This document shows, one piece after another, positions 28,104-38,173 of a DNA stretch of 64,000 nucleotides (position 1 is its first letter; every line of letters starts with the position of its first letter). A program made the position numbers and the translations under genes. Source of the DNA: Nitrospira sp. (GTDB lineage: Bacteria; Nitrospirota; Nitrospiria; Nitrospirales; Nitrospiraceae); NCBI GenBank assembly GCA_047150005.1, contig AP038806.1, positions 3,424,001 to 3,488,000 on the forward strand, written 5' to 3'. The notes beneath the pieces were generated by a model, which was not told the DNA's origin, made no database searches, and was given only the letters and a program-made list of their open reading frames with translations.

Positions 28104-31100
28104 CTATGACCCGCAGTCTGTCACCCAATCATCAGTCAGCAGCTGCGCCACCTTACTTGGGGAGGGGAGCCGGCGCAGGGAGAGGATCGTTGGCTCAGAA
28201 GATTCCGATGAGGACGTTCGATCTCCGGCGTGCACTGCGGCCCCTGCTTCGGGTGGTCCCAAAGCCAACGGGCTAGGTAGCCAGCCACCTGGCTCGGTGG
28301 GTAAGGTGTCACGACCCGCGACCACGAAACTGCTGATCTCACCACGTGCAATTGCGGCGCACCGCTGGCTCAGCAGGGCGGTGACTTGAAGCGGAGCCTT
28401 GCCGAGCGGCTGGATCTTCCCGCCGGCCGGCGCGATCGGCGCCTGGATCGTGACCGTGCCCTGTTGGCCGAACTGGGAGGACGCGCTTACGACACTGGTG
28501 GCATCCGGAAGAAAGGTCCCGCCGTTGGTGATCGTGATGTTGATATTCCCGCCGGGCCCCTGTTGGGCCTGGGCGAGAATCTGACTGTTTTGCAGAATGA
28601 CGAACTGCGGGTCGAGACTCACGCTGCCGCCGCCACCGCTCCCATCAAGCACCGAGGCGCTGATCGTGCTGTTGGACAGGTCCACCGTGCCGCTGGGATT
28701 CGTCGTGATCTTGATGATGCCGCCGCTCGATTGATTCGCCTCGGTCGTGATCGTGCTGTTGGTCATCGCGAACTGATTGCCGGCCGTGATCTGAACACTT
28801 CCCGCGTTGCCCGTTCCCGTGCTGTTGGCGGAGATGCTCGCGCCATTGGTCATGATGAACGACTGCCCGGCCGTGATCCCGATATCGCCGCCGGCTGCGC
28901 CGCCGGTTGTGCTGGTGAGAATACGGCCGCCGTTCTCGATCATCACAGTCGGGGCCGAGAGCGTAATCTGCCCCGCGTGACCGGTTGCGCCGGAGTCGCT
29001 GCTGCTGCTGATCGCCGTGGAGGATCCTGAGATGAGAGCCTGCTGAGTCGCTGCAATGGTGATCGCCCCGGCTGCCCCGGCGCCGAAGGTATCGGCGTTT
29101 ATAGTGGCATGATCGGTGAGGGTGAATTGGCCGGCGTGAATGCTGATGTCTCCGGCGGTTCCGTCTGCCGCTGTCAGACTGTGGACCCGGCTGGCTCCCG
29201 AGATCGTGACGCTCTCGGCCGAACTCCCTGGGCCATCGAGTCCCCGCAACGTGACCGTACCGCCATGACCTGAACCAGATGTGACCGCAAAGAGATCCGC
29301 ACCCGCTCCTTGTGAATTAATTCGCTGACCCTCTAGGAGGATGTTCCCAGCATTTCCAGCCCCGGACGTGGACGTGCTCAGGACTGCTCCGTCGACAGTA
29401 ATCGTCGGAGCTCTGAGCAGGATATTGCCGCCCAACCCGGATCCGCCTACGGTATCGGTGTTTAAAAAAGAATTCACTGCAGTGATCTGTTGGGTCGCCC
29501 GCAGGGCAATATTGCCGGCATTACCCGCCGTGTTGTCACCGGCGGAACTCAGTGCGCTGATAGTGGACAGTCCGGACAGATCAATAGTCGTAGCGCTAAT
29601 CTGAATGTCGCCTCCGTGGTTCGGGCCTGAGGTTGTGGCCGAGAGCGCGCCCCCGTCGGAGAGCGTGACGGAGTTGGCGTTGACGACGATGTTCCCGCCG
29701 GCGCCGGAGCCCTGCGTGTCGGTGAAGATGCCACTGCCAGCGCCGGTGATGAGGACCGACTGCGCCGGACTGGCGAGCCCCTGGATGGTGATGTTGCCCG
29801 CGTTGCCGGGGCCGAGGGTGCTGGCTGAAACCTGAGCGCCATCAGAGATGGTGACGGAATTTCCGGCTAAGAGCGTGATGTTGCCGCCGGAACCAGAGCC
29901 AGGGTCTGTGCCGATCGCGCGACTGAAGATTCCGCCAGGCTCGCCCGTACTGATGGTTCCTGCCATCGCTATGGAATCGGCTGCATCAATGGTGATATTC
30001 CCGCCTCGCCCGCTACCGCTCGTGCCACTGTTGATCTGGGATCCGGCACCCATGGAAAGTGAATGTGTGGTGATAGAGATGTTTCCTGCATCGCCGCAGG
30101 CACCGGCACAATTCCCTCCGGTAGAAAGCGTAAAGATGCCACTTTGTTGAGTCACGCCTAGCGCAAATAGCGGTGGAGGCGGAACCTCGCCTGCTTCCCC
30201 AGACATTGAGATTGTGTCAGCATGAATTATTACATTCCCACCGTGTCCATTGGTGGCGGTACTAGTATTGATTCGGGAGCCACCGGTCATGGTAAGAATT
30301 GGGGTGGTAATCGTAATATCTCCTGCGTTGCCCAATCCTGAAACGCTTCCAAATGAATTGCTGAAGATGCCGCTCACTTGATCAGTCGGGTTGACTCGCG
30401 AAAGCAAGAGGTGATCTGTCGCCGTGATATTGATGGGGCCGGCACTTCCATCTCCGCCCGTGCTTGACACAAAACTACTTCCACCTGTCAATTCGATAGT
30501 AGAACCGTTGACGGTAATTCCTCCACCTGGGGACTGAAAAGTCTGGGCGGTAAGTTGGGTGTTATTCGCCGTCAAGTGGTCCGTGTTTATTACGAGGGAG
30601 CCCCCACGCTCACCACCGACGGTTGTGACAACGCTCTGGTCAAGAGCGATGTTAGGCACGTTAAGGAGAATGTTCCCCGATTGTCCGATGTTGTCGCTAA
30701 AGAGTGAGAAGGCATCGGCCACGACAATCACATTACTAAACTGAAGGCTATCCGCAGAGATGGATATGTTTCCAGCTGAGCCCGTTGATTCCTCGCCCAG
30801 TTGAAGAGCTAAGCTGTTACCGGAATTGATGACCGTGTCGTTAGCAGTGAAGTTGTGAGCACGAATACTGATGTCTCCTCCATGACCACCATTTGGACCA
30901 ATAGTTCCGCTGTCAACAAAAATTGGGACTCCAGCAAATTGAATCGCTGTAAAGTTTAAGTCACCAGTATCGATTGCGACGTTGCCAGCTCTTCCAGATC
31001 CCGACGTATGCGTATCAATGACTGAAAAGAGAAAGCTATTAATGGCCGTCCCAGTTATGTCGGTACTGCCGGACGTGATCTTAACCTCGCCGGCATTGCC

Positions 31101-32144
31101 CGTACCGGTCGTCATCGCAGTGAGCGCCGGCACATCAGTCGTCGAAATCGACACATTTCCCGTCGTATGAATATCAATCGCAACAGGCGCTCCGTCGGCA
31201 TCAACAGAGTTAGCGGAGATAGCAGCCTGATCCATCACGAACGTCCCGCCTCGGATGCGAACCGTGCCACCTGCATTTCCGCTCACGTCCAATACGGAGC
31301 CTTGCGAAATGCTAATGGAGCCAAGGGACATTGGTGAAGCGGGCTCATACGTTGAGGCCAAGATTTCACCTGGTCTTGCAACGCTTGCGATATTAATCTG
31401 TCCTCCAGGTGCTGAGAGATGAGTCGGCTGGATCGGTGTTCCATCAGCCTGCAAGCCGGTTGCCTGAATGGTAATGTTCCCACCGACGAGGGAAATGCCT
31501 GTTCCTTCTGACATTGTGAACTGACTTCCTTGAACTGTAATGGGCCCAGGGTTCGCTCCTAAAAATCCAAACGCTGCCACAGGAGCTGTGGTTAACAAGT
31601 CTGCGGGTAGTGCGCTCGGATTGGCATTGAACCGACCTCCATCGGCCAGTTTCAAGTAGTCAGACGTCGTAAACGTCGCCATCCCGCCCACGTTCAAGGT
31701 CGCGGTGGGACCAAAAATTACACCAGCTGGGTTCATCAAGAACAGGTTTGCACTCGGATAGAAAGTCGCGCTGTCAATGGTACCGAAGATGCTCGATGGA
31801 TTCCCTCCAGTGACACGACTGAGGATATTGTGCATCCCCGCGTTGGGGATGAGGTTGTTCGTTTGAAACTGCGCGGTATCACCGGTTGCCACACTGAACT
31901 GACCGAAACTATGAAACAAACTTGTGCCGACCGTGCTGCCGCCTCTGATCCCATATGTATTGCCACTGGCTGTGACCGTCGTGCCGAGGTTGCCAGTGCC
32001 GGTGGTAGGCGTGATGGAGGTTGTGACTTGGGCATGTGAAACTTTGGTAAGCCCAGGCGTGAGAGCTATAGAGGCAAGCACGAGGTAGAGAAATGCGATG
32101 GAAGAACATGAAGCGATGGACCGTCGATCTAGAAGGTGTGTCAT
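28104..32144 (-). CDS. Filamentous hemagglutinin / TpsA-like protein 5 (1346 aa)
   Basis: Signal peptide (SHA-Q), TPS domain, conserved C-terminal domain. Confidence 0.92.
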   Translation of the reverse strand: MTHLLDRRSIASCSSIAFLYLVLASIALTPGLTKVSHAQVTTSITPTTGTGNLGTTVTASGNTYGIRGGSTVGTSLFHSFGQFSVATGDTAQFQTNNLIPNAGMHNILSRVTGGNPSSIFGTIDSATFYPSANLFLMNPAGVIFGPTATLNVGGMATFTTSDYLKLADGGRFNANPSALPADLLTTAPVAAFGFLGANPGPITVQGSQFTMSEGTGISLVGGNITIQATGLQADGTPIQPTHLSAPGGQINIASVARPGEILASTYEPASPMSLGSISISQGSVLDVSGNAGGTVRIRGGTFVMDQAAISANSVDADGAPVAIDIHTTGNVSISTTDVPALTAMTTGTGNAGEVKITSGSTDITGTAINSFLFSVIDTHTSGSGRAGNVAIDTGDLNFTAIQFAGVPIFVDSGTIGPNGGHGGDISIRAHNFTANDTVINSGNSLALQLGEESTGSAGNISISADSLQFSNVIVVADAFSLFSDNIGQSGNILLNVPNIALDQSVVTTVGGERGGSLVINTDHLTANNTQLTAQTFQSPGGGITVNGSTIELTGGSSFVSSTGGDGSAGPINITATDHLLLSRVNPTDQVSGIFSNSFGSVSGLGNAGDITITTPILTMTGGSRINTSTATNGHGGNVIIHADTISMSGEAGEVPPPPLFALGVTQQSGIFTLSTGGNCAGACGDAGNISITTHSLSMGAGSQINSGTSGSGRGGNITIDAADSIAMAGTISTGEPGGIFSRAIGTDPGSGSGGNITLLAGNSVTISDGAQVSASTLGPGNAGNITIQGLASPAQSVLITGAGSGIFTDTQGSGAGGNIVVNANSVTLSDGGALSATTSGPNHGGDIQISATTIDLSGLSTISALSSAGDNTAGNAGNIALRATQQITAVNSFLNTDTVGGSGLGGNILLRAPTITVDGAVLSTSTSGAGNAGNILLEGQRINSQGAGADLFAVTSGSGHGGTVTLRGLDGPGSSAESVTISGASRVHSLTAADGTAGDISIHAGQFTLTDHATINADTFGAGAAGAITIAATQQALISGSSTAISSSSDSGATGHAGQITLSAPTVMIENGGRILTSTTGGAAGGDIGITAGQSFIMTNGASISANSTGTGNAGSVQITAGNQFAMTNSTITTEANQSSGGIIKITTNPSGTVDLSNSTISASVLDGSGGGGSVSLDPQFVILQNSQILAQAQQGPGGNINITITNGGTFLPDATSVVSASSQFGQQGTVTIQAPIAPAGGKIQPLGKAPLQVTALLSQRCAAIARGEISSFVVAGRDTLPTEPGGWLPSPLALGPPEAGAAVHAGDRTSSSESSEPTILSLRRLPSPSKVAQLLTDDWVTDCGS

Positions 32145-32214
32145 GGCACCGTCCCCTGTTCCGCCGAGATGCTAAAAAAGCGACGAGTTCAAGGACCTGC
32201 GCGCTGGGATCTTC

Positions 32215-32556
32215 CTACATGCACTTGCAATCACAGCGTCCAGGGCCAGGGCTCGGGTTGGGATTTAACTTACACTTGCCACTCGGGGTTGCGACATCGC
32301 TGCATGCAGCATTGAGGCTGTTGCAAACCCACGAATCATTGGAAGGTGACCATGTCGTGCAATTCGGATAGTTTGCTGCATCGCTAGGCCATTGTCCCAT
32401 TTTATGTTTATAGCAATTGCCCTCACCGAGAATCCCACTGACATTCTCACAGCTGCCGTCTACTACCTGCACCTTGAGGGGGCACCCTTGGAGCATTAAG
32501 GCTACGAACACAAAAGCCGTTAGGCTCATCAGCTTGTAAAGTGGCCGCGAACTCAT
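32215..32556 (-). CDS. Cys-rich lipoprotein C
   Basis: AGGAGG RBS, LQGC lipobox, 9 further Cys, ends GRCDCKCM. Confidence 0.82.
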   Translation of the reverse strand: MSSRPLYKLMSLTAFVFVALMLQGCPLKVQVVDGSCENVSGILGEGNCYKHKMGQWPSDAANYPNCTTWSPSNDSWVCNSLNAACSDVATPSGKCKLNPNPSPGPGRCDCKCM

Positions 32557-32640
32557 GTTCGATACCCTCCTTTTGTTAGTTCAATAGTACGTCGCCCACC
32601 TAACGTTGCAGAATCCCGGAGAATCGAGATTTGCGAATTA

Positions 32641-34134
32641 TCAGATTGCTGCCATCGCCTTCGCGCAGTTCAAGCTGCGCCCGCCGATAATTTGCCCCAT
32701 GAAGGGGGTATCAGCGTTATTCAATAAGAAATCCTTGAGTTGATCGACGGTTAGGAGTGTACCGGACACAGACACTTTTCTAGATTGAAGAAGGGCGGCA
32801 CAGCCGGACACGTGCGGCACCGCCATTGATGTCCCTTGACCAGATGTATAGCTCGTTGACGGAATCGACGGATTCCAATGATCTGTAGTTTCGATCTGAT
32901 TTCCAGGCGCAGCAATGTGGACAGTTTGAGACCCATAATGAGAATTGCTCCAAAGATCGTTATTCGTGCAGCTGGGGAAGGAGGGAATCGTGCAATCGGT
33001 TGCAGCAACAGAAATCACATTACTGTAACTGTACGGAGGTGCCGCATAATTTGCTGGATACACTTGGGAACCGCAGGGCGCATTCGTTCCAGTGCAGGCA
33101 TCGTTATTTAAGGGCTCGCCGAAGTGTCCATTTCCCGCTGCGGCGACAAACAGAGCGGGCACGCAATTAGCCACTACACCTGGCGGTATACAGTTTGTTG
33201 TTCTAACAGTATCTGCAAGTATGTTGATTTGTGTATTAAAGTTAGGAATCCCAGGTTGTACTCTCCAGCTATTATTAATGATGTGAGCGTGTAATTCCAT
33301 TGCCCAGTGTATTGCTTCTATCGCGAAGTAGACCCCACCTATAGCGATTCCATCATTGACCGTGCATAAGGCCTTAAGAGCGACTAACTGTACCTTCCAA
33401 GCCGTTCCTACGCCGCCATAGTTGTTATTGCCTCTCGCTCCGATCACTCCCGCGACCCCCGTTCCATGATGGATTGTGTCTCGTGGATCGTCATCGTTGT
33501 CACAAAAATCGTAGCCGCGTCCTCCGGTGGGATCCGTATACATGTTGGGCGCAAGATCGGGGTGTGAATAGTCAATTCCTGAATCGATGACGGCCACAAC
33601 AATATTGCTTGCGTCGGTTTGGTAGCCCCAGGCACTTCTCATGCCGATTTTCTTGAGACCCCAGAAGGATCTTCCTCCGATAAGCCATTGCGGATCATTG
33701 GGGTCATGCGGAGAAGGGATCTGTTCCCCGATTATGCGAAAGTTATACTCGGCATACTCGATATTTGGATTCTTGCGTAATGCCTCAATTACGATGTGAA
33801 GCTGATCTCCTGCATTTATGTGGAACAAATGAACCCCCAAAACTGGAAGTATGCGAATTGGTCTAACACCGTGCTGCGCGGACAGTTCTTTCGCAATGCC
33901 TTCCATTTTAGCTTTACGTTCCACGGAAATGTTCGATCCAAGGACGGACTCTTTGTATTTCACGATGATCGAATCATCGAACAATTGAGGATTCTGACCT
34001 TTGGAATGAAAGGGTGGGGGGACGGGTTCAGCGAGTGTGGTTACGACAATCAGTGTGGCATGGAAGACTGCCGTGGTGATCATGACAGTCTTTAATCCAG
34101 TAAACCTCCACCTGCTTTCTGTTAATGAATCCAT
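32641..34134 (-). CDS. Secreted S8 subtilisin-like serine protease with propeptide
   Basis: VAVIDSG, HGTGVAG, AAGN, GTSMAVPHVSG. Confidence 0.93.
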   Translation of the reverse strand: MDSLTESRWRFTGLKTVMITTAVFHATLIVVTTLAEPVPPPFHSKGQNPQLFDDSIIVKYKESVLGSNISVERKAKMEGIAKELSAQHGVRPIRILPVLGVHLFHINAGDQLHIVIEALRKNPNIEYAEYNFRIIGEQIPSPHDPNDPQWLIGGRSFWGLKKIGMRSAWGYQTDASNIVVAVIDSGIDYSHPDLAPNMYTDPTGGRGYDFCDNDDDPRDTIHHGTGVAGVIGARGNNNYGGVGTAWKVQLVALKALCTVNDGIAIGGVYFAIEAIHWAMELHAHIINNSWRVQPGIPNFNTQINILADTVRTTNCIPPGVVANCVPALFVAAAGNGHFGEPLNNDACTGTNAPCGSQVYPANYAAPPYSYSNVISVAATDCTIPSFPSCTNNDLWSNSHYGSQTVHIAAPGNQIETTDHWNPSIPSTSYTSGQGTSMAVPHVSGCAALLQSRKVSVSGTLLTVDQLKDFLLNNADTPFMGQIIGGRSLNCAKAMAAI

Positions 34135-34207
34135 GGTACCTTTCGTCCGTTGACTTGCTCAGCTACTAATCTGTGCCAACTACGTACGCGATGCTTTGAG
34201 CCTATTC

Positions 34208-35140
34208 CTAACGAATTGTAACCCCATGGGGGGCCGCCGGGGGCGTAGTATCTGCACTCCCACTGCAGCCAATACGTGTCGTACCGATGGCGAATTGATC
34301 GAGATATACAATCCCTGTCCCTGTCTGTTTGAGAATTTGAATTGAGTTGAAGGTAGAAAGCGATGAGTTGCCATTTGGTCCAATCGGCGAACTTCCACGT
34401 ATACGGAAGTTTGTATATGCCAGAGTCAAAACCCCATTCACCCATAATTGCACTATTGCATTGGCACTGCCTGGAGTATTCAGGGTTGTTTGAGTTTCTA
34501 CGCAATACCATTGGTCGTCGGTGATATTTACGGTCGCGAGATTCGGAGTGACAGGCAAGGTTGCATAACAATTCTGGATGGAGCCAGGACAATCTTGCCC
34601 AACGAGGATCTCAAGAGTCATAGCTCGTGACCCAGGGCCCGAGTGGAGGGCAACCACCCCTACATCTCCTAAATAAAAATGATTGGTCGCGTTCTGGCTG
34701 TAGGTGAAACCGTGGGTACGATAATAAAAACGAGTGAAGAGAGTTGGGTCGGTCTGAGGGAACGAGCGGATAATAGCTATATTATGATTATCATTGTACT
34801 CGACGGCATCGTAGACGAGTTTGAGAGAATGTGTGCCGCTATGCGCTATGTCGGTTGAGATATCAAGATACGGACACGGACTACCATTACACGCGTATTG
34901 TAAGTAATTCCATCTTCCTGCGAGTGGGTTTTCAAAGTCATCATCCCAGTAAACCGTGGCATGGGCATCTCTGGCACAGACGATACCGAGAGTGAAAAGA
35001 AAAAGGACAGTCAGAAGTTGTATTACCTTTCGATATGAAAAAGGTGTCAGGAACCGAATCGAGTTCTTTCGAACGGGCGACGGAACTGATTGCTGAGCAG
35101 GAGGTGAGGGACGACTATTCCGGTGAAGGTGAAGCGTCAT
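34208..35140 (-). CDS. Secreted ConA/LamG jelly-roll (polysaccharide-lyase-like) protein
   Basis: YWDDDFE, AHSGTHSLKL, QWYCVE, QLWVNG, YLDQFAIGTTRIGC; function inferred from fold motifs. Confidence 0.7.
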   Translation of the reverse strand: MTLHLHRNSRPSPPAQQSVPSPVRKNSIRFLTPFSYRKVIQLLTVLFLFTLGIVCARDAHATVYWDDDFENPLAGRWNYLQYACNGSPCPYLDISTDIAHSGTHSLKLVYDAVEYNDNHNIAIIRSFPQTDPTLFTRFYYRTHGFTYSQNATNHFYLGDVGVVALHSGPGSRAMTLEILVGQDCPGSIQNCYATLPVTPNLATVNITDDQWYCVETQTTLNTPGSANAIVQLWVNGVLTLAYTNFRIRGSSPIGPNGNSSLSTFNSIQILKQTGTGIVYLDQFAIGTTRIGCSGSADTTPPAAPHGVTIR

Positions 35141-35179
35141 GAAGTGGTGTCCCGTTTCGCGTTAGTGCTAATCAGCGCC

Positions 35180-35223
35180 TAGCTATGCCTTTCGTGAGAA
35201 ATGCTCAATAACCCTTTCGGCTA
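35180..35223 (-). promoter_or_regulatory. Module promoter, copy 3
   Basis: Same sequence as copy 2. Confidence 0.55.
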
Positions 35224-35419
35224 GGGTCGATGGCGTCTGCTACTTGAACTCAAGATGTAGCTGCGATCTTCGATCAGACCCCCATATCTGGCAAAGGCCG
35301 TATTGTCTGGTTCGTCGTGTGAAATTGGATTCAAACGAACAACGTCCGCTCCATCATCATACGGACTGGCTCCACAAACCCGGCGGCATCTGCTATCGTA
35401 GGAGCACTGGAGGTGCTGG

Positions 35420-35638
35420 ATGAAAACGTTCACCGCATATGTGGAGTGGGACCCCGACACGAAGCTATATGTCGGCTTCGTGCCTGGTATCGCTGGTGCG
35501 CATACGCAGGGAAGCAGCTTGGATGAACTGCAAAAGAATCTGAAGGAAGTCTTGCAATTATGCATTGAAGAGTCTGAGAAGGCCGGCGAGGACCTCCCTC
35601 GATTTGTCGGACTGCAGCAGATTGAGGTAGCCGGGTGA
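35420..35638 (+). CDS. hicB: HicB-family antitoxin, identical copy
   Basis: Same protein as 24433..24651. Confidence 0.9.
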   Translation: MKTFTAYVEWDPDTKLYVGFVPGIAGAHTQGSSLDELQKNLKEVLQLCIEESEKAGEDLPRFVGLQQIEVAG

Positions 35639-35668
35639 GCCGGCTCCCGATCGTCTTTCAACATCCTG

Positions 35669-35755
35669 CTAGTCCTGCCAGATGATCTCGACGACGATGT
35701 AGACCAGCGCTGCCATCAGAGCGTTGACGAGGAACAAGCTCATTCCGATGTCCAT
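35669..35755 (-). CDS. 28-aa TM peptide, copy 3
   Basis: Identical to copy 2. Confidence 0.7.
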   Translation of the reverse strand: MDIGMSLFLVNALMAALVYIVVEIIWQD

Positions 35756-36000
35756 GGTCGCCTCGCTGACGATTCGGTTCACTGCTGCCATCGCGAGGTT
35801 GCAATGGGTAGGCCAATGCGAGTGTTGGCGCGAGTCAGCGGCAGGTGAAGCGTGAGATCGCAGTGTGGACAAGGAGATCTGCCCATGCGGGGATTCAGAG
35901 CATGGCGACAGAAGGATCTAGCGTGATCAGGCCGAAAGGACCTAAAAGCATTCGCGATGGATCGAAAGTGATTCAGGTCGCGTTGACCTTCCCCCCTTTA

Positions 36001-36798
36001 TTACACCAAAGCTGAGGAAGTTAGCTCCTGTGTCGGCTGGGCCTGGTTTTGATAGTTGGTAATGAACTCCTGGGGTGTCACATCCCCAATTGCGCTATGC
36101 GTCCGGTCTTCGTTGTATTCCCGTCGCCACGCTTCACTCACGACCTGCGCTTCCTGCAGCGTCACAAACCAATGCTCGTTGAGACATTCATCCCGAAACT
36201 TACCATTGAAGCTCTCGATAAACGCGTTCTGCACCGGCTTCCCTGGCTGAATGAAGTGCAGATGCACGCCGTGCTGCGCCGCCCAGGCATCGAGCGCCGT
36301 CCCCGCGAATTCTGGGCCGTTATCCAGGATCAGCGTCTCGGGCAGCGGGCGAGTGAGAAACACCCGATCGAGAATCCGGCACACTCGTGCCCCACCGATC
36401 GACACCTCGACCTCAATCACCGGGACCTCTTTCGAACACGGATCGGTCATCGTCAAACATTTATACCGTCGTCCGGTCACCAATCGGTCGTGCACAAAAT
36501 CCAGGGCATAACAGCGCCCCGGCTGTGTCGGCCGGGGGAGCGCGACGCGCGGCACCGCGGCGAATTTCTTCCGTCGACGCCGGCGTAACGACAGGCCTTC
36601 GTCCCCATAATAAATCCGTTCCACTTTCTTATGGTTCGCACGCCAGCCCTCGCGCCGTAAGCGCACATAGATCCGGGGACAGCCGTACCGCCGCTTGGTC
36701 TCGGCAATCTCGCGGATCCGGGTCCGCAGCGCCTCATCGTCGTGGCGACGACTCCGATACCGAAGCGTCTGGCGATCGAGGGCCAAGAGCCGGCACAT
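36001..36798 (-). CDS. IS3 OrfB transposase
   Basis: [36 protein letters not shown]. Confidence 0.9.
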   Translation of the reverse strand: MCRLLALDRQTLRYRSRRHDDEALRTRIREIAETKRRYGCPRIYVRLRREGWRANHKKVERIYYGDEGLSLRRRRRKKFAAVPRVALPRPTQPGRCYALDFVHDRLVTGRRYKCLTMTDPCSKEVPVIEVEVSIGGARVCRILDRVFLTRPLPETLILDNGPEFAGTALDAWAAQHGVHLHFIQPGKPVQNAFIESFNGKFRDECLNEHWFVTLQEAQVVSEAWRREYNEDRTHSAIGDVTPQEFITNYQNQAQPTQELTSSALV

Positions 36799-36863
36799 CC
36801 GTCGTTGACTGAGCCCAAAGCGCTCGGTGCTCCACTGAGCCGCCGCTCGCTTCGCCTTGGGCC

Positions 36864-37130
36864 CTACCAGTTTTTTGCGTTGACCGCTTTCAGCGCCTGG
36901 ATGTCCAGGGCTTGGTCTGCCACCATCTGCTTGAGCCGCCGGTTTTCGTCTTCCAGCTGGCGGAGCTTCTTCACATCACTAACTTCGAGCCCGGCATATT
37001 TCGCCCGCCACTTATAAAACGTGGCGTCCGAGATGCCGTGTTTGCGGCAGAGCTCCTGAATGCCTGTGCCCGCCTGGGCATCCTTGAGTACCGCAATGAT
37101 CTGTTCCTCCGTGTGCCGCTTTCGTGTCAT
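36864..37130 (-). CDS. IS3 OrfA
   Basis: [16 protein letters not shown]...; A AAA AAC slippery site. Confidence 0.9.
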   Translation of the reverse strand: MTRKRHTEEQIIAVLKDAQAGTGIQELCRKHGISDATFYKWRAKYAGLEVSDVKKLRQLEDENRRLKQMVADQALDIQALKAVNAKNW

Positions 37131-37205
37131 GGCCCCCTCCTGTGGGGCCCATCTCAGCACAGGTGCACTTCCTTGCCAATGGTCTAGTTTTCAGGGGGAA
37201 GGTCA

Positions 37206-38173
37206 GGATGGCATTGTCCGTGTACGATGTCGTCATACTGGCAACGGTTGTCAGGACAGGAAGTGGTGCCGCGCTTGCACACTGGCTATCCTGGCCGCGA
37301 TAGATCTTGAAACCAGTGATGTTTGTACTGGATCCGGTCCAGTTCAACATTCCAGGATTCACGGGATTGAATGTCAGAGCCCCAGCACAGCCAATGCGAT
37401 CTGGTCCGACGGCGAATTGGTCAAAATATACAACCCCACTACCTCCCGCTTGCTTATAGAGTTGGACCACATTAAATCCAGAGAACGATGGGTTATCATA
37501 CGTTCCACTCACTGACCTCCCCCGCATGCTGAAGTTCGTGTACTCGAAAGTCCTAACTCCGTTCACCCACATATTTATCCTGGCATCCTCCGTACTATCC
37601 GGACTGTTCATGGTAATTTCCGTTTCAATGCAATACCATTGATCGTCAATAAAATTGACTATTGCCGCATTCGGTTTTGCGGTCCAGTCAGCAAAACATT
37701 CCACTTGCACGAAGAAGCAAGCCTCACCGTTCTGAACACCGATAGCGAACACATTCGAAGAAGTGTCAACAATCGGTTTTACAATTATTGTGGTCGGGGA
37801 ATAATGAGTCAGATCGGCCTGCTTGAAGAGAGTGATTACTGGTTCAGAGGTAGAGGCGTGGGTGCGATAATAAAAGCGGCTGAACAATGTCGAGGTAGCC
37901 GTGGCTGAGCCAGTCTGAGGGATAGCACGGCTGATCGCGACGTCAAATAGATTATCAGGAAAGGCAGTATCGTAGACTAGTTTCAGTGAATGCGTGCCGC
38001 TATGAGCGACATCTGTCGATATTCCCAGATCAGGACAGGGAGTGACCGACGGAGGGTTATTGGCACACAAAGCTTTTTGAGAGTAGACCCATCTACCTGC
38101 TTGAGTGATCGGAATTTCGAAATCATCCTCCCAGTACACTGCGGCAAAACCAGACCTGCTGAAGACAATGACA
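37206..38173 (-). pseudogene. Main fragment of a jelly-roll/lyase-like plus FN3 gene, paralog of 34208; 5' pieces at 39014..39033 and 41432..41471
   Basis: YWEDDFE, AHSGTHSLKLVYD, DDQWYCIE, YFDQFAVG.DRIGC, then FN3-like GFKIYRG...TTSYTD. Confidence 0.85.

Larger units (their letters stand above)
35072..35983. repeat. Second copy of the 910-bp duplication
   Basis: See 24085..24996. Confidence 0.95.
35984..37205 (-). mobile_element. IS3-family element without target-site duplication
   Basis: IRs tgaccttccccc / gggggaaggtca; flanks differ (gcgt vs ggat). Confidence 0.92.

Noticed and set aside
8609..28110. Integron or diversity-generating retroelement explaining the cassettes and repeats
   Set aside because: No integrase, attC sites or reverse transcriptase, and no adenine-specific variation was noticed.
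2024..31170. Many plus-strand ORFs rich in MLPP/LPALP opposite the TpsA genes
   Set aside because: Antisense shadows of the Gly/Asn/Ile repeats; no RBS or domain.
1906..32144. TpsA genes as CdiA contact-dependent toxins
   Set aside because: No VENN motif or variable toxin tip; the C-termini are conserved, and the downstream genes are classic TA pairs rather than immunity genes.
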